Assembly: GCA_027451365.1 (NCBI GenBank)
Contig: DAIDJN010000057.1
Location: 1 to 34,576, forward strand
Reading direction: 5' to 3'
From: Phycisphaerales bacterium
GTDB lineage: Bacteria > Planctomycetota > Phycisphaerae > WQYP01
DNA: 34,576 bases
Shown here: piece by piece, positions 1 to 8,972 of the stretch
Layout: every line of letters begins with the position of its first letter
Position numbering within the stretch: position 1 is the stretch's first letter
The notes under the pieces: generated by a model
What the model saw: only the letters and a program-made list of their open reading frames with translations
Told to the model about the DNA's origin: nothing
Database searches by the model: none
Position numbers and translations under genes: made by a program

Positions 1-376
1 GGTACAGCAAATCCTGCAGAAGGTAATACGCCCCGGCAGGCACGGATTGCGGCCCGGCGGCCACCAGCAGGTTCAACTGGACACATTCGTCAATATATGT
101 TCCCCATACATATTGCCGGATCGGCGTATCCGTGCTGCCCGATCCGCCGAATGGATTGCGTTCCTCCATCGTCTGCCAGCCTTGCCAGATATAATCCGTC
201 GTGCCGTTGGGATAATTGCCAGCCGAACCGCCGTTGGGATAATTGCCTGCCACAGAGTTCACCGAGGACTCAGAGGCCGTTGTGGATTTCCTATGGCACC
301 CCAATGCGCCCTTGGGAAGGCGGCAACTTCGTGGCGTTGTGCCGTTGTGGTAAAAATATTCATACAATGCGACCAT
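1..376 (-). CDS. Orphan Rhs-core cassette, partial (runs off the left edge)
   Basis: Manual translation: frame open from ATG at 376 to the edge, reading ...GNYPNGTTDYIWQGWQTMEERNPFGGSGSTDTPIRQYVWGTYIDECVQLNLLVAAGPQSVPAGAYYLLQDLLY. Paralogous to 1515..2645; 102-139 is identical to 2467-2504 (38 bp). Rhs-like sequence starts at about 248. Confidence 0.8.
   Translation of the reverse strand, partial: MVALYEYFYHNGTTPRSCRLPKGALGCHRKSTTASESSVNSVAGNYPNGGSAGNYPNGTTDYIWQGWQTMEERNPFGGSGSTDTPIRQYVWGTYIDECVQLNLLVAAGPQSVPAGAYYLLQDLLY
203..247. repeat. 18-bp direct repeat (gccgttgggataattgcc x2, 27-bp period), encoding GNYPNG twice
   Basis: Copies at 203-220 and 230-247. Confidence 0.9.
249..275 (-). repeat. 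3 x 9-bp periodic repeat (ctctgagtc ctcggtgaa ctctgtggc on minus)
   Basis: Directly abuts the start of Rhs-like sequence in cassette 1. Confidence 0.75.
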
Positions 377-928
377 AAACTGCCTTGAAAAAGGCCGACC
401 TTGCTTCGGTAATTTGAATCATACGCCGGCATCCGCAGCGTGCCAAGCCAATGCACTTTCTTTGCCGTCCATTCATCCGACTACCGTCTGCTCACCGCCC
501 GTCCTTTTCGTGCTCTTCCGGCGAATCGACGGATGTCACCTTGTAGTGTCCCGGTTGAAAAATAGGCGACTGTCCCAAGTATCAAAGTATCAGAATCATT
601 TCACGACCGCCTTTAGCGACCCGCCCGCGTGGACTGAAGGCACCTTCCGTTTCGCCCAGAACATTCGCGGCAAATCCCAAAGACGCACACCCAAAAACCC
701 GAAGGTGGCGAGGCTCCGCCCATCGCGGGCCGCCGCAACGCCCCAAAAAGCAGTTCCCCTATGTGCCCAAACCACGGGCTGTACTCAAAGCACAACTCTT
801 TGAAAAATATGGAGATTTGACTTAACTTAGTGGCATTAAACTACGTCCCCGTTTTGCTCTCCCGGGTATCCAGGCCGCCCGTTACCCGTCGGGGTTTGGT
901 GCCCGCCAGAGATTGATCCATGTTTGTC

Positions 929-1441
929 TCAAACATTCGTCCGCTCCGTTCCCTCATCCGCCCGGCGAATAAAGTCCATGTCTTCGTCGCTCCAAGGGTC
1001 TTCCTCAAGCCAGCCGAAACCCTTTGGATCCTCGAACAAAACCCCACCGTCGATATCGCTCGACGCGTCCGGTTGCGTGATGGCGAATACCGTCCCGATT
1101 GTAGAAGTGGGCATTCGCACAATGTCGCCCACTCGCACCTCCGGCCCCCGGTAATAAAAAAGTTTTTTTGCCCCAACCGCGGCCTGGTGGTCAAATCGCG
1201 ACCGCTTTCCTTGGCGGCGGGAGCGGAATTTAATATCATGGTCAACTAGCGGGTCTGCAAAGAAATGCCTCATATTTCCCGGCCCAACGGTCCAAATACC
1301 GCCCTGGTCACATTCGCACCCCGGCGTGTGGGGCTGGACGATCGCAAGCACCTTTGCATCGCTTTCGTCCGGGAGCGTCACAAGGTCCCCCAGACGAACA
1401 TCAGGACCGCGGTAATAGAAGCGCGTAGTGCGTGGGGCCAT
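929..1441 (-). CDS. Putative Rhs immunity protein with two tandem homologous domains
   Basis: Directly downstream of the Rhs toxin tip, with GGAGG 7 nt before the ATG. Internal duplication FYYRGPDVRLGDLVTLP...QP...GGI...DP..DHDIKFRSR / FYYRGPEVRVGDIVRMP...QP...GGV...DP..DEDMDFIRR. Confidence 0.7.
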   Translation of the reverse strand: MAPRTTRFYYRGPDVRLGDLVTLPDESDAKVLAIVQPHTPGCECDQGGIWTVGPGNMRHFFADPLVDHDIKFRSRRQGKRSRFDHQAAVGAKKLFYYRGPEVRVGDIVRMPTSTIGTVFAITQPDASSDIDGGVLFEDPKGFGWLEEDPWSDEDMDFIRRADEGTERTNV

Positions 1442-1514
1442 TTCTATGCCTCCAAATAACGGACCAGGATCGCGGCGACGCCATCGCCAACACGACGTGC
1501 AAGCACTCGCCGGA

Positions 1515-2645
1515 TTATTCTGCTATTCCGCCTCCCTGCGCGGGCGCGATGGGGACCCACCCGGGTGCCGGCGGCGGCGGTACAACCCTGTCTGCCTTTC
1601 GCTTAGGCGGATTCCATTTACACTTGCAAAGAGGTGGTGGTAATTGTTGCATTATATAGAGATTGAGATGATCACCCTCAATCGGATCATGAGGTTTTGA
1701 TGGAGGCACTATGTCCCAACGATATCCGACCGTTCCCACCGGCGGAATGCACGGCAGACATTCCCCCTTGGGCTTCTTGCATTTCGCCTGCCTTAAAAGC
1801 CATTGTTGATGCGCTATATAGTTTTCCTGCGCCTGCGAATTGGCCAGTTCGTTGGCAATTTCGCCCACGGTGGCCTGATTGTAATAGTACCACCAACCGA
1901 CCAGCAATGAACCGACGACGCCGATGGCCGTTGCACCCGCGGCCCCGCCCGTCACAATTGGTTCGGGCGGTGGCTCCGGGTATATACTGCCAATCGGATT
2001 CGGCCCCGTGTAAGGCCCCGGCATCGGCACGGCAGTAAATCCCAGGGGATCGAAGTACATTTCCGGTCCGGATTCCACATACTCATACAAATTAATCCCG
2101 CCCTCATACCCAATCGGATCACGCTGAATCCAACGACCAAGTACCGGGTTGTACGCCCGATTGCGAACGTAATAATTTTGCGTTTCAGAATCAAAGCGGT
2201 AGCCGCAATAGATTATTTCATTCGCCCCGTAATCTGACTGCACATCATCATCGGTGAACCAGCGGCCGTCAGAGCCAGGCTCGATAAAAATTAACGAATT
2301 GCCATAGGCGTCCGTGTCATACGCTTCTACGATGCCGCCACCGGAATTCGTCAGCGCCACCGCGCGGTACAGCAAATCTTGCAAAAGATAATAACTTCCA
2401 GGTTCCAGGTTCTGATTACCCAATATTACGAATGTAGTAAGTTGGATACATTCATCAATATACGCACCCCATACATATTGCCGGATCGGCGTATCCGTGC
2501 TGCCGCTGCCCCGGCGGCCGCAACTAACACTCTGTGTCCTCTGTGATCTCTGTGGCTCGTCCGTTCCGCCAAACCCATACGCATATTGTCCGCCCGGCCA
2601 TTTGGGACCAATCGCGTTTTCTATACTATCCGCATTCCTGACCAT
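1515..2645 (-). CDS. Orphan Rhs repeat-associated core protein with Cys/Pro-rich C-terminal toxin domain
   Basis: Rhs core signature YCGYRFDSET..YYVRNRAYNPVLGRWIQRDPIGYEGGINLYEYV...DPLG followed by a variable tip. Rhs homology starts at about 2510, so the start codon is uncertain. Confidence 0.9.
   Translation of the reverse strand: MVRNADSIENAIGPKWPGGQYAYGFGGTDEPQRSQRTQSVSCGRRGSGSTDTPIRQYVWGAYIDECIQLTTFVILGNQNLEPGSYYLLQDLLYRAVALTNSGGGIVEAYDTDAYGNSLIFIEPGSDGRWFTDDDVQSDYGANEIIYCGYRFDSETQNYYVRNRAYNPVLGRWIQRDPIGYEGGINLYEYVESGPEMYFDPLGFTAVPMPGPYTGPNPIGSIYPEPPPEPIVTGGAAGATAIGVVGSLLVGWWYYYNQATVGEIANELANSQAQENYIAHQQWLLRQAKCKKPKGECLPCIPPVGTVGYRWDIVPPSKPHDPIEGDHLNLYIMQQLPPPLCKCKWNPPKRKADRVVPPPPAPGWVPIAPAQGGGIAE
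2530..2556 (+). repeat. 3 x 9-bp periodic repeat (ctctgtgtc ctctgtgat ctctgtggc)
   Basis: About 25 bp upstream of where Rhs homology begins in cassette 2. Confidence 0.85.
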
Positions 2646-3124
2646 TTTATGGCCCCGTTTGAACCAAAATCATCAAACCGCGAACCCGGCATACCTATTT
2701 GCAATGGCCTGTTTATACCCCTCTACCATCCCCAACACAAGGAAAAAATGGAAATGCAGCATCCCTCGTGTTCAAGCGAAGCGGTTCGTTCAAAGATTCC
2801 GCAGGCATCCAGTTCATTGCGCCTGTCGCCCTTATCGCCGACGCACACACCGGTTACTGATATCGAGGGCCGCACCGGTTCGCCAAAACCGGACGAACCG
2901 CGCCCCGAACCAAGAACGGCGAAACACTGCGAAGCACAGCGACCGGCTGTTTAACAAGTGAATACATTCCGGCATTTTGGCAGACTCAACCACTGGTTTG
3001 GCTCGGTTAAGTGAACTGATCCACGCCACCTGCGCAAATGATGTCATTTCCTTGAGATATATTTTCCGCTCTCACCCTGTCAACTGCGTTAACCGCTACC
3101 TTCCGTTCCGGTTGTAGCGGCAAT

Positions 3125-5731
3125 CTACCGCCCCCGGCGCTGGCGGCGTTTGCGGCTATTATTCTTTTTCTTCTCGCGCGCCAGGCCCTGCCGCGGATCG
3201 GTGGCGGCCGACTGACCTCCTCGGCGTGCGGCATGCGGCCGCGATTGTTTGTCGCGTCGTGTTCCCGCCGGTTCTTCCCACTTGCGGTTCTTTGGTTTTC
3301 GGGCTGGCTCAAACCGCGTCATGATTTTTTGGCCGCGAATGGTGGACCCATGTTCAAGAATGCGCAAATCCATTTTTCGCGCGGGAATATTGACCGATAC
3401 AATCTGTACCTTGGCGGCATCCCCCAAACATATCCGGCGTCCGGACCGCTGGCCGCGCAGCGATGCCGTGCGATCATCAAATATCCAGAAATCATCGGGT
3501 AAATCGGTTATCCGGATAAGCCCTTCCACCAGAAAGCGTGTGGATTGTATAAACACGCCAAAACTGTTGACGCCGGTCACCACGCCATCCACCTCATCGC
3601 CAATATGTTCCGCCAGAAGCTGGAGAACTTTTACGGCGCGCAGTTCACGTTCGGCATCCTGGGCGCGGCGCTCAGTAAATGAAAGGTGGCGAGCCAGTTT
3701 TGAAAGCATGGCATCATCGGGTGTGTCGCCAAGCTGTCGGGGCATAAGGGCGAAGACTTCCGGTGAAAGATCATGAATTCCAGCCTGTTCCAGATTCACA
3801 ACCGGGGAGGCGGTCTTTTTGCCGCCGCGTGACATTTTTTTCCGGCTGGCCAGCAGCACGCTGTTCAGGCAGCGGTGAATGACCAAATCCGCATACCGCC
3901 GAATCGGTGAGGTAAAGTGTGCATAGTTTTCACTGGCCAGGGCGTAATGGCCCAGTGGCAGCGGGGAATATTCTGCTGTGCTGAACGTTTTAAGCACACT
4001 TAAATGAACCGCATAGGCGATCGGTGTTCCCCGCACGGAATCCAGCAGTTCCTGAATCACATGCCGGTCAATTCGCTTGGGGAGCTTTTTGCCCGCCACC
4101 ATCACAAAATGGCGTACCTGTTCGGCGGAGTCCATGTCCGGATCCGGGTGAATGCGCCGCAACACGCTTTGGCCATGCTCGGTCAGGAATCGGGCGACGG
4201 CTTCATTGGCTTCCACCATAAACATTTCAATAATTTTGTGAGTAAACGAATCGTCCTCAGGATGGGCGTCTTTTACATAGCCGTCGTGATCCATCACCAG
4301 TTCCACTTCCGGCAGGTCCAGCACGATCATTCCCTGGTCCAGCCGCCGCCGTTGAATGACCCGCGCCAGGCGGTCCATATTCAACAGCATTTCCCGGATA
4401 TCGCCGCTGGCGTGCGGAACGTGCGGATTCGGGGGCGAATCCAGCAGGCCTTTGCTGTAAGGGGCCGATTCCCCTTTGGCATCGTCGATTATCGCCTGGG
4501 CCTGTTTGTAAGTCAGCCGCTTGTTGGATTGAATAATGGTGTTGGCGAGCCGATGTGACACCACACGTCCATGCCGGTCGTAACGGATAAACGCGCTTTT
4601 GGTGAAACGCGGCTGGTTTTCCTGCAGGGAACAGACGCCGTTGGAAAGTATTTCCGGAAGCATCGGCACGACATGCCGGGGAAAATAGACACTGTTTCCG
4701 CGTAGCCGGGCTTGAAGGTCCAGCGCGGAATCGACGGGCACAAAATGCGCCACATCGGCGATGTGCACACCCAGTTCATACGCCACCGGGCCGGGACGCT
4801 CCGCTTCCGCCGGGGAAAGCAGGTGATCCACGCTTTCATCCGGATCCTCCGGATTATCCGGTCCGTCCAGCAGCCGCAGTGTAATGGCATCGTCAAAATC
4901 GCGGGCGTCGTCCGGATCAATCGTCAGCGTCAGAAGCTGGCGGATGTCCTGTCGCTCGGTATCGCCGGCGACGGAGGTCTCAGGATCAAACGACGCGGCC
5001 GCACGGCGGGCTTGATCCAGCACGGCCACGGGAAACTCCGCCGGCAGGTCAAATTGCTTAAGAATGGAGGCCAATTCCACATCCGGTTCACCATGCGGCC
5101 CAAGCACCTCGGTAATAACGCCCTGTGCCGCCTGGCCGACGGATGGGAATGTGACGAGTTCCACCACAACTTTGTCGCCCTCGGCCGCGTTTTTGGCGGC
5201 GATATCCTGCACCACCACGGGCTGCTTGAATACTGACCCATCCGGCACTACCACCCAGCCCTGAAGGTCACGGGTCAGCGTGCCCACGCACCGGTTTGCT
5301 CCCCGCCGGATGATCCGTATGACGCGGCCGACCCGGCGACGTTTGTCGGAATCTTTTTTATCCGTCACCATAATCCGGGCTATTACCATGTCGCCATTCA
5401 GCGCATTCAGGGTGTCTTGGGCCGGAACAAATAGGTCCCCCAGGTCATCGGTTTTTGTGGAAACCACAAAGCCAAAACCGCGGCTGGTGCCATGAAAAAC
5501 ACCCAGCAGGCTGTCCGCGGATATCGGCAGCCCGACCGACTTTCCGTTGTCCTGCGGCGCCAGCAGATCAGAAGATATTAAATGATTCAATACCCGATGA
5601 AATTCATCCTCGCGGGCGGCGGTAATTTCCAGCCGCCGTTTGAGTTCAGCAACAGGCAAAGGCCCGCCATCGGCAGCAGCCAGACAATCCAGAATATATT
5701 CAGACAAACGATCAGCCAAAAAGCGCTCCAT
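3125..5731 (-). CDS. rnr: Ribonuclease R (RNB family exoribonuclease)
   Basis: Cold-shock domains (GFGFV, A.NGD.V), catalytic TIDPDDARDFDDAI, HIADV, HFTSPIRRYADL, S1 domain and a basic C-terminal tail. Confidence 0.96.
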   Translation of the reverse strand: MERFLADRLSEYILDCLAAADGGPLPVAELKRRLEITAAREDEFHRVLNHLISSDLLAPQDNGKSVGLPISADSLLGVFHGTSRGFGFVVSTKTDDLGDLFVPAQDTLNALNGDMVIARIMVTDKKDSDKRRRVGRVIRIIRRGANRCVGTLTRDLQGWVVVPDGSVFKQPVVVQDIAAKNAAEGDKVVVELVTFPSVGQAAQGVITEVLGPHGEPDVELASILKQFDLPAEFPVAVLDQARRAAASFDPETSVAGDTERQDIRQLLTLTIDPDDARDFDDAITLRLLDGPDNPEDPDESVDHLLSPAEAERPGPVAYELGVHIADVAHFVPVDSALDLQARLRGNSVYFPRHVVPMLPEILSNGVCSLQENQPRFTKSAFIRYDRHGRVVSHRLANTIIQSNKRLTYKQAQAIIDDAKGESAPYSKGLLDSPPNPHVPHASGDIREMLLNMDRLARVIQRRRLDQGMIVLDLPEVELVMDHDGYVKDAHPEDDSFTHKIIEMFMVEANEAVARFLTEHGQSVLRRIHPDPDMDSAEQVRHFVMVAGKKLPKRIDRHVIQELLDSVRGTPIAYAVHLSVLKTFSTAEYSPLPLGHYALASENYAHFTSPIRRYADLVIHRCLNSVLLASRKKMSRGGKKTASPVVNLEQAGIHDLSPEVFALMPRQLGDTPDDAMLSKLARHLSFTERRAQDAERELRAVKVLQLLAEHIGDEVDGVVTGVNSFGVFIQSTRFLVEGLIRITDLPDDFWIFDDRTASLRGQRSGRRICLGDAAKVQIVSVNIPARKMDLRILEHGSTIRGQKIMTRFEPARKPKNRKWEEPAGTRRDKQSRPHAARRGGQSAATDPRQGLAREKKKNNSRKRRQRRGR

Positions 5732-6229
5732 ATCTTAAAGTATCAGTATACCGTTGCCCGCGGCATTGTGGCCAGTGATTCCGATTTGAATTAATCCGTT
5801 GACAGGTGCCGGATAATCGGCCGGGCAATTGGTTCGGTCGGTCAGCTATTGGGGAAAATACAAAACCGCAGGTCGTGCCGATCACGCGGAGACTCAATCA
5901 ACAAGATCAACCTTCAGCAAATATCGAACCCTGATTCCTTTGGCCGCGGGGAAACTGATTGCAAACAAGTCTCGCCTTGAAGGTCTGGCTTGGGCGGTTT
6001 GGTCGCCGCGGCGGGGGAAATCGGCGAAATACCTGGTTCATCGTGCAATCGCATCGCCTTAAGCTTAACGCAACAATTGCGGCCGGCACCGTATAACAGT
6101 GGCGCCTTTGAACCCATACGCATTTGCAGATTCCCTTTTTGAATTCGTTCCGCGCCTTGACGCGGGGCGGCCAACCTGCAAAACTGCGATCAGAGGCGTT
6201 TTTGATCTTCCCAGGCAAGGAGGCCGGTC

Positions 6230-7015
6230 ATGGCCCATTTTAAGTTTCGCTTATTAATCGCAGTATTCGCGGCCTTTGCGCTGGCTTTTGTTGCCGGCTG
6301 CCAAAGCACTCCGCAAACGCCACGGGCGAATCTGTCCGCCGGCTATCAGGCGTATCAGAATCATGACTTTGCGGCGGCCCACAATACCGCGGCCGCATTC
6401 GTGCGGGCCAATCCAAAAAGCCCGAATATTGATGAGGCCTATTATCTGGCGGGGCTTGCCCAGGAAGCCCAAGGGCATGTCGCCGCCGCACAAACCGATT
6501 ACCTGGCCGCGATCTCGCACAGCAACCGGCCGCAGTTGATTTCAAAAAGTTCCGCGGCCCTCGGTGACATCGCCTATGCCGCGGGTCATTTTCAACGTGC
6601 GATTGCATATTACCAACGGGCGGCGCAGGTGGACCCGGCCGTCGGCTTGCCCGTGCCGGCACTTATGCGGCTGGCGATAAGTCAGCAAAATGTGGGAGAT
6701 TGGGCGGCCGCCAATGCCACCTTTTCCGCGATTGAACAGGCGGCACCAGGCACCACCGCGGCACTCATAGCCCAGCAGCGTTATGGCCAGAATCATTTTT
6801 GTGTACAGTTTGGCGCCTACAGTCTTTCGTCCGCCGCGTGGAACGAAATTCGCCTGCTGCATCTTGCCGGCGTCAATGCGATTGTCGTTGCCCAAAGCCT
6901 GCATGGTCAGACTCTGTATCTGGTGCAGAGCGGATTCTTTTCGACATTTAAAGCGGCGCTGGCGGCACGTACCGTCTGGGCGGTACACCAGCCCCAGGCC
7001 ATTGTCGTGCCGTGA
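6230..7015 (+). CDS. TPR-repeat lipoprotein with C-terminal SPOR domain
   Basis: AAGGAGG RBS, lipobox FVAGC, TPR helices (AYYLAGLA, ALGDIAYAAGHFQRAIAYY), SPOR-like FCVQFGAYS...YLVQSGFFST...A. Confidence 0.82.
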   Translation: MAHFKFRLLIAVFAAFALAFVAGCQSTPQTPRANLSAGYQAYQNHDFAAAHNTAAAFVRANPKSPNIDEAYYLAGLAQEAQGHVAAAQTDYLAAISHSNRPQLISKSSAALGDIAYAAGHFQRAIAYYQRAAQVDPAVGLPVPALMRLAISQQNVGDWAAANATFSAIEQAAPGTTAALIAQQRYGQNHFCVQFGAYSLSSAAWNEIRLLHLAGVNAIVVAQSLHGQTLYLVQSGFFSTFKAALAARTVWAVHQPQAIVVP

Positions 7016-7109
7016 CAACAACGCTTCTTGAGTGTATTCTTCTGAAGCCTCTGCGGAGGCTTGAATTTGAATGCACGTTAAGGAACGGAAAAAATTTAGG
7101 AGCATTGAC

Positions 7110-7454
7110 ATGGCGGATGAACTTCCACAAGACGTAACAGCAACTGACGGCCGAGCCAATCCCGGCAGTCAGGTGAATGTGCAATTCCGGGAGGGCAAGC
7201 TGGAGACCGTGTACAGCAATTTTGCCCGGCTGGCGGGCACGCACGAGGAAATTTGTGTCGATTTCGGCGTCAATATGCAAAGCGGTGACAACCCCACAAC
7301 CGCCGTCATTGATCTGAATACCCGCGTCGTCATGAGTTTCTACTCCGCCAAACGCCTGGCCTTGCAGCTTAGCCATGCCGTTCAGCGTTATGAACAGGTA
7401 TATGGGCCGCTGCATCTGGACCCGCGGCAGCGCCAGGTTCGCCAGTCGTCATAA
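7110..7454 (+). CDS. DUF3467-like small protein
   Basis: AGGAG RBS before ATG 7110; motifs YSNFARL..T.EE..VDFG and RVVMSFYSAKRL...L...VQRYEQ.YG. Confidence 0.8.
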   Translation: MADELPQDVTATDGRANPGSQVNVQFREGKLETVYSNFARLAGTHEEICVDFGVNMQSGDNPTTAVIDLNTRVVMSFYSAKRLALQLSHAVQRYEQVYGPLHLDPRQRQVRQSS

Positions 7455-7580
7455 CCGCGACGCAGGTCGACTGGCCGACTTGGCGGACAACATGCGTTCC
7501 GGCAGGCCGTAAAGGCCGCCACGAACTTATGGCCGATGCTGGCCGCGCGGCCCGCATACGGCTACCGTGGAAATATTGCC

Positions 7581-8558
7581 ATGGAAAACAGATCCGTTAT
7601 TCACACGTTGGGCTTCTGGTGTCAGATGGACGCCGGTTTCGGCTTGTCCGAAACGCCGGTTCCACGCGAGCTTCTACGCGCACTTCACGCCCCCGCCTCG
7701 GCAGCCGCGCGCGGTGCGACCCGCCCGATATCCGGCGGCCATAATCAACGGCCACCGGTGCCTTATACCGCGCCTGACCGGCCGGTGGGCTACGTGGCCA
7801 GCCGGACATCAAATGAAAATATCCCGGAGGCTCCCATGGCTCCCCGTCTGGTAAAACCTGCTTCAGCCACAACTTCGGGCGTCACGGGTTCTTCCGCATC
7901 CACCATTCCACAGGTTGCGGTCATGCCGCCGACGCCTGCCGGAAAAATCGCGGATCTTTCGCCGCTTAGCCCGCAGGAGAAAGTCAAACAAATGGCCGCG
8001 CTGGAAGCCGCGGCCGTCGCCGATCTGGCCCGATATTTTTCCAGCGGCGCGACCCGTGTGGTCTTTGGAGAAGGGGATGTCAACGCCGGCATGATGTTCA
8101 TAGGCGAAGGGCCGGGAGCGGACGAAGACCGTTTGGGGCGGCCGTTTGTGGGACGTTCCGGCCAACTGCTGGACAAAATGATTGTGGCCATCGGGCTGGT
8201 CCGCGAACGGGTATACATTGCCAACGTGGTGAAGTTGCGTTGTGCGGATTGGGACGCAGCCGGTGAGCGGTTTAAGGACCGTCCGCCGACGTTATCCGAG
8301 GCGGCGCTGGGAATTTCGTGGCTGCATCAGCAGATTGAAATTATTCGTCCGAAAGTGATTGTGACTTTAGGTGCCAGCGCCATTCGCCATCTGCTGGGGG
8401 AAACCGGCAATTTATCCGCCATTCGGGGGAAATGGCGTGATTACCGCGGCATACCGGTGATGCCGACCTATCATCCGGCCTTTCTGTTGCGCGCGTATAC
8501 TGAAGAAAATCGGCGCATCGTGTGGAACGATCTGAAAGCGGCCCAGGGGAAAATATAA
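7581..8558 (+). CDS. Uracil-DNA glycosylase, family 4, with low-complexity N-terminal extension
   Basis: VFGEG, FIGEGPGADED..GRPFVGRSGQLL, YIANVVK, PTYHPAFLLR. Start uncertain (7536 or 7581). Confidence 0.92.
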   Translation: MENRSVIHTLGFWCQMDAGFGLSETPVPRELLRALHAPASAAARGATRPISGGHNQRPPVPYTAPDRPVGYVASRTSNENIPEAPMAPRLVKPASATTSGVTGSSASTIPQVAVMPPTPAGKIADLSPLSPQEKVKQMAALEAAAVADLARYFSSGATRVVFGEGDVNAGMMFIGEGPGADEDRLGRPFVGRSGQLLDKMIVAIGLVRERVYIANVVKLRCADWDAAGERFKDRPPTLSEAALGISWLHQQIEIIRPKVIVTLGASAIRHLLGETGNLSAIRGKWRDYRGIPVMPTYHPAFLLRAYTEENRRIVWNDLKAAQGKI

Positions 8559-8606
8559 AAGCGGGCGATGGGATTCGAACCCACGACGTCCAGCTTGGGA
8601 AGCTGG
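8558..8606 (-). repeat. att site: 49-bp duplicate of the tRNA-Gly 3' half
   Basis: aaagcgggcgatgggattcgaacccacgacgtccagcttgggaagctgg is identical to 13248-13296; no D-arm or 5' acceptor strand follows. Confidence 0.95.
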
Positions 8607-8972
8607 GAGAATGCTTCAAAACGGCCAGAAAAACAAGCGTTTTTGCGACCGCGCAACCACCGGAGCAACCATGCTCTGTGCCCGATTTGGATTTCACAAA
8701 CGTGGCCGAGTGTTGGGCGAATTTTCCAGTTGTATACAAGGCGGCGATTCTTGCAATGGTGCGCACGGCGGTACGGACTGGTATCCAATCGCAAAGATCG
8801 CGATCTGCTGGCGTTGAACAGGTCTGTCAGCAGTCAGCAGGGGGAATTGCAACGATTTCACAACTATCGACGTTCGGCCATCACACACAATCAGGATACG
8901 CTGCCACAGGTGCCGCGAATTTGACATTGCACGACGTAAACATGAGAACGTGCATAAATTCGGAGGTTTAGC

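Noticed and set aside
203..275. CRISPR-like repeat array
   Set aside because: Only two 18-bp copies with a 9-bp spacer, in frame within Rhs coding sequence; no cas genes.
543..562. Isolated IS terminal repeat (tagtgtcccggttgaa)
   Set aside because: Resembles an IS end from memory only; no partner repeat or transposase is nearby.
5732..6229. Structured ncRNA (e.g. 6S) in the 500-bp divergent intergenic region
   Set aside because: Only short pairings (ccttca/tgaagg) are visible and no recognisable family motif; it would need an Rfam/Infernal scan.
8561..8606. Second tRNA-Gly gene
   Set aside because: Only the anticodon arm through the 3' acceptor strand is present; it is an att duplication.
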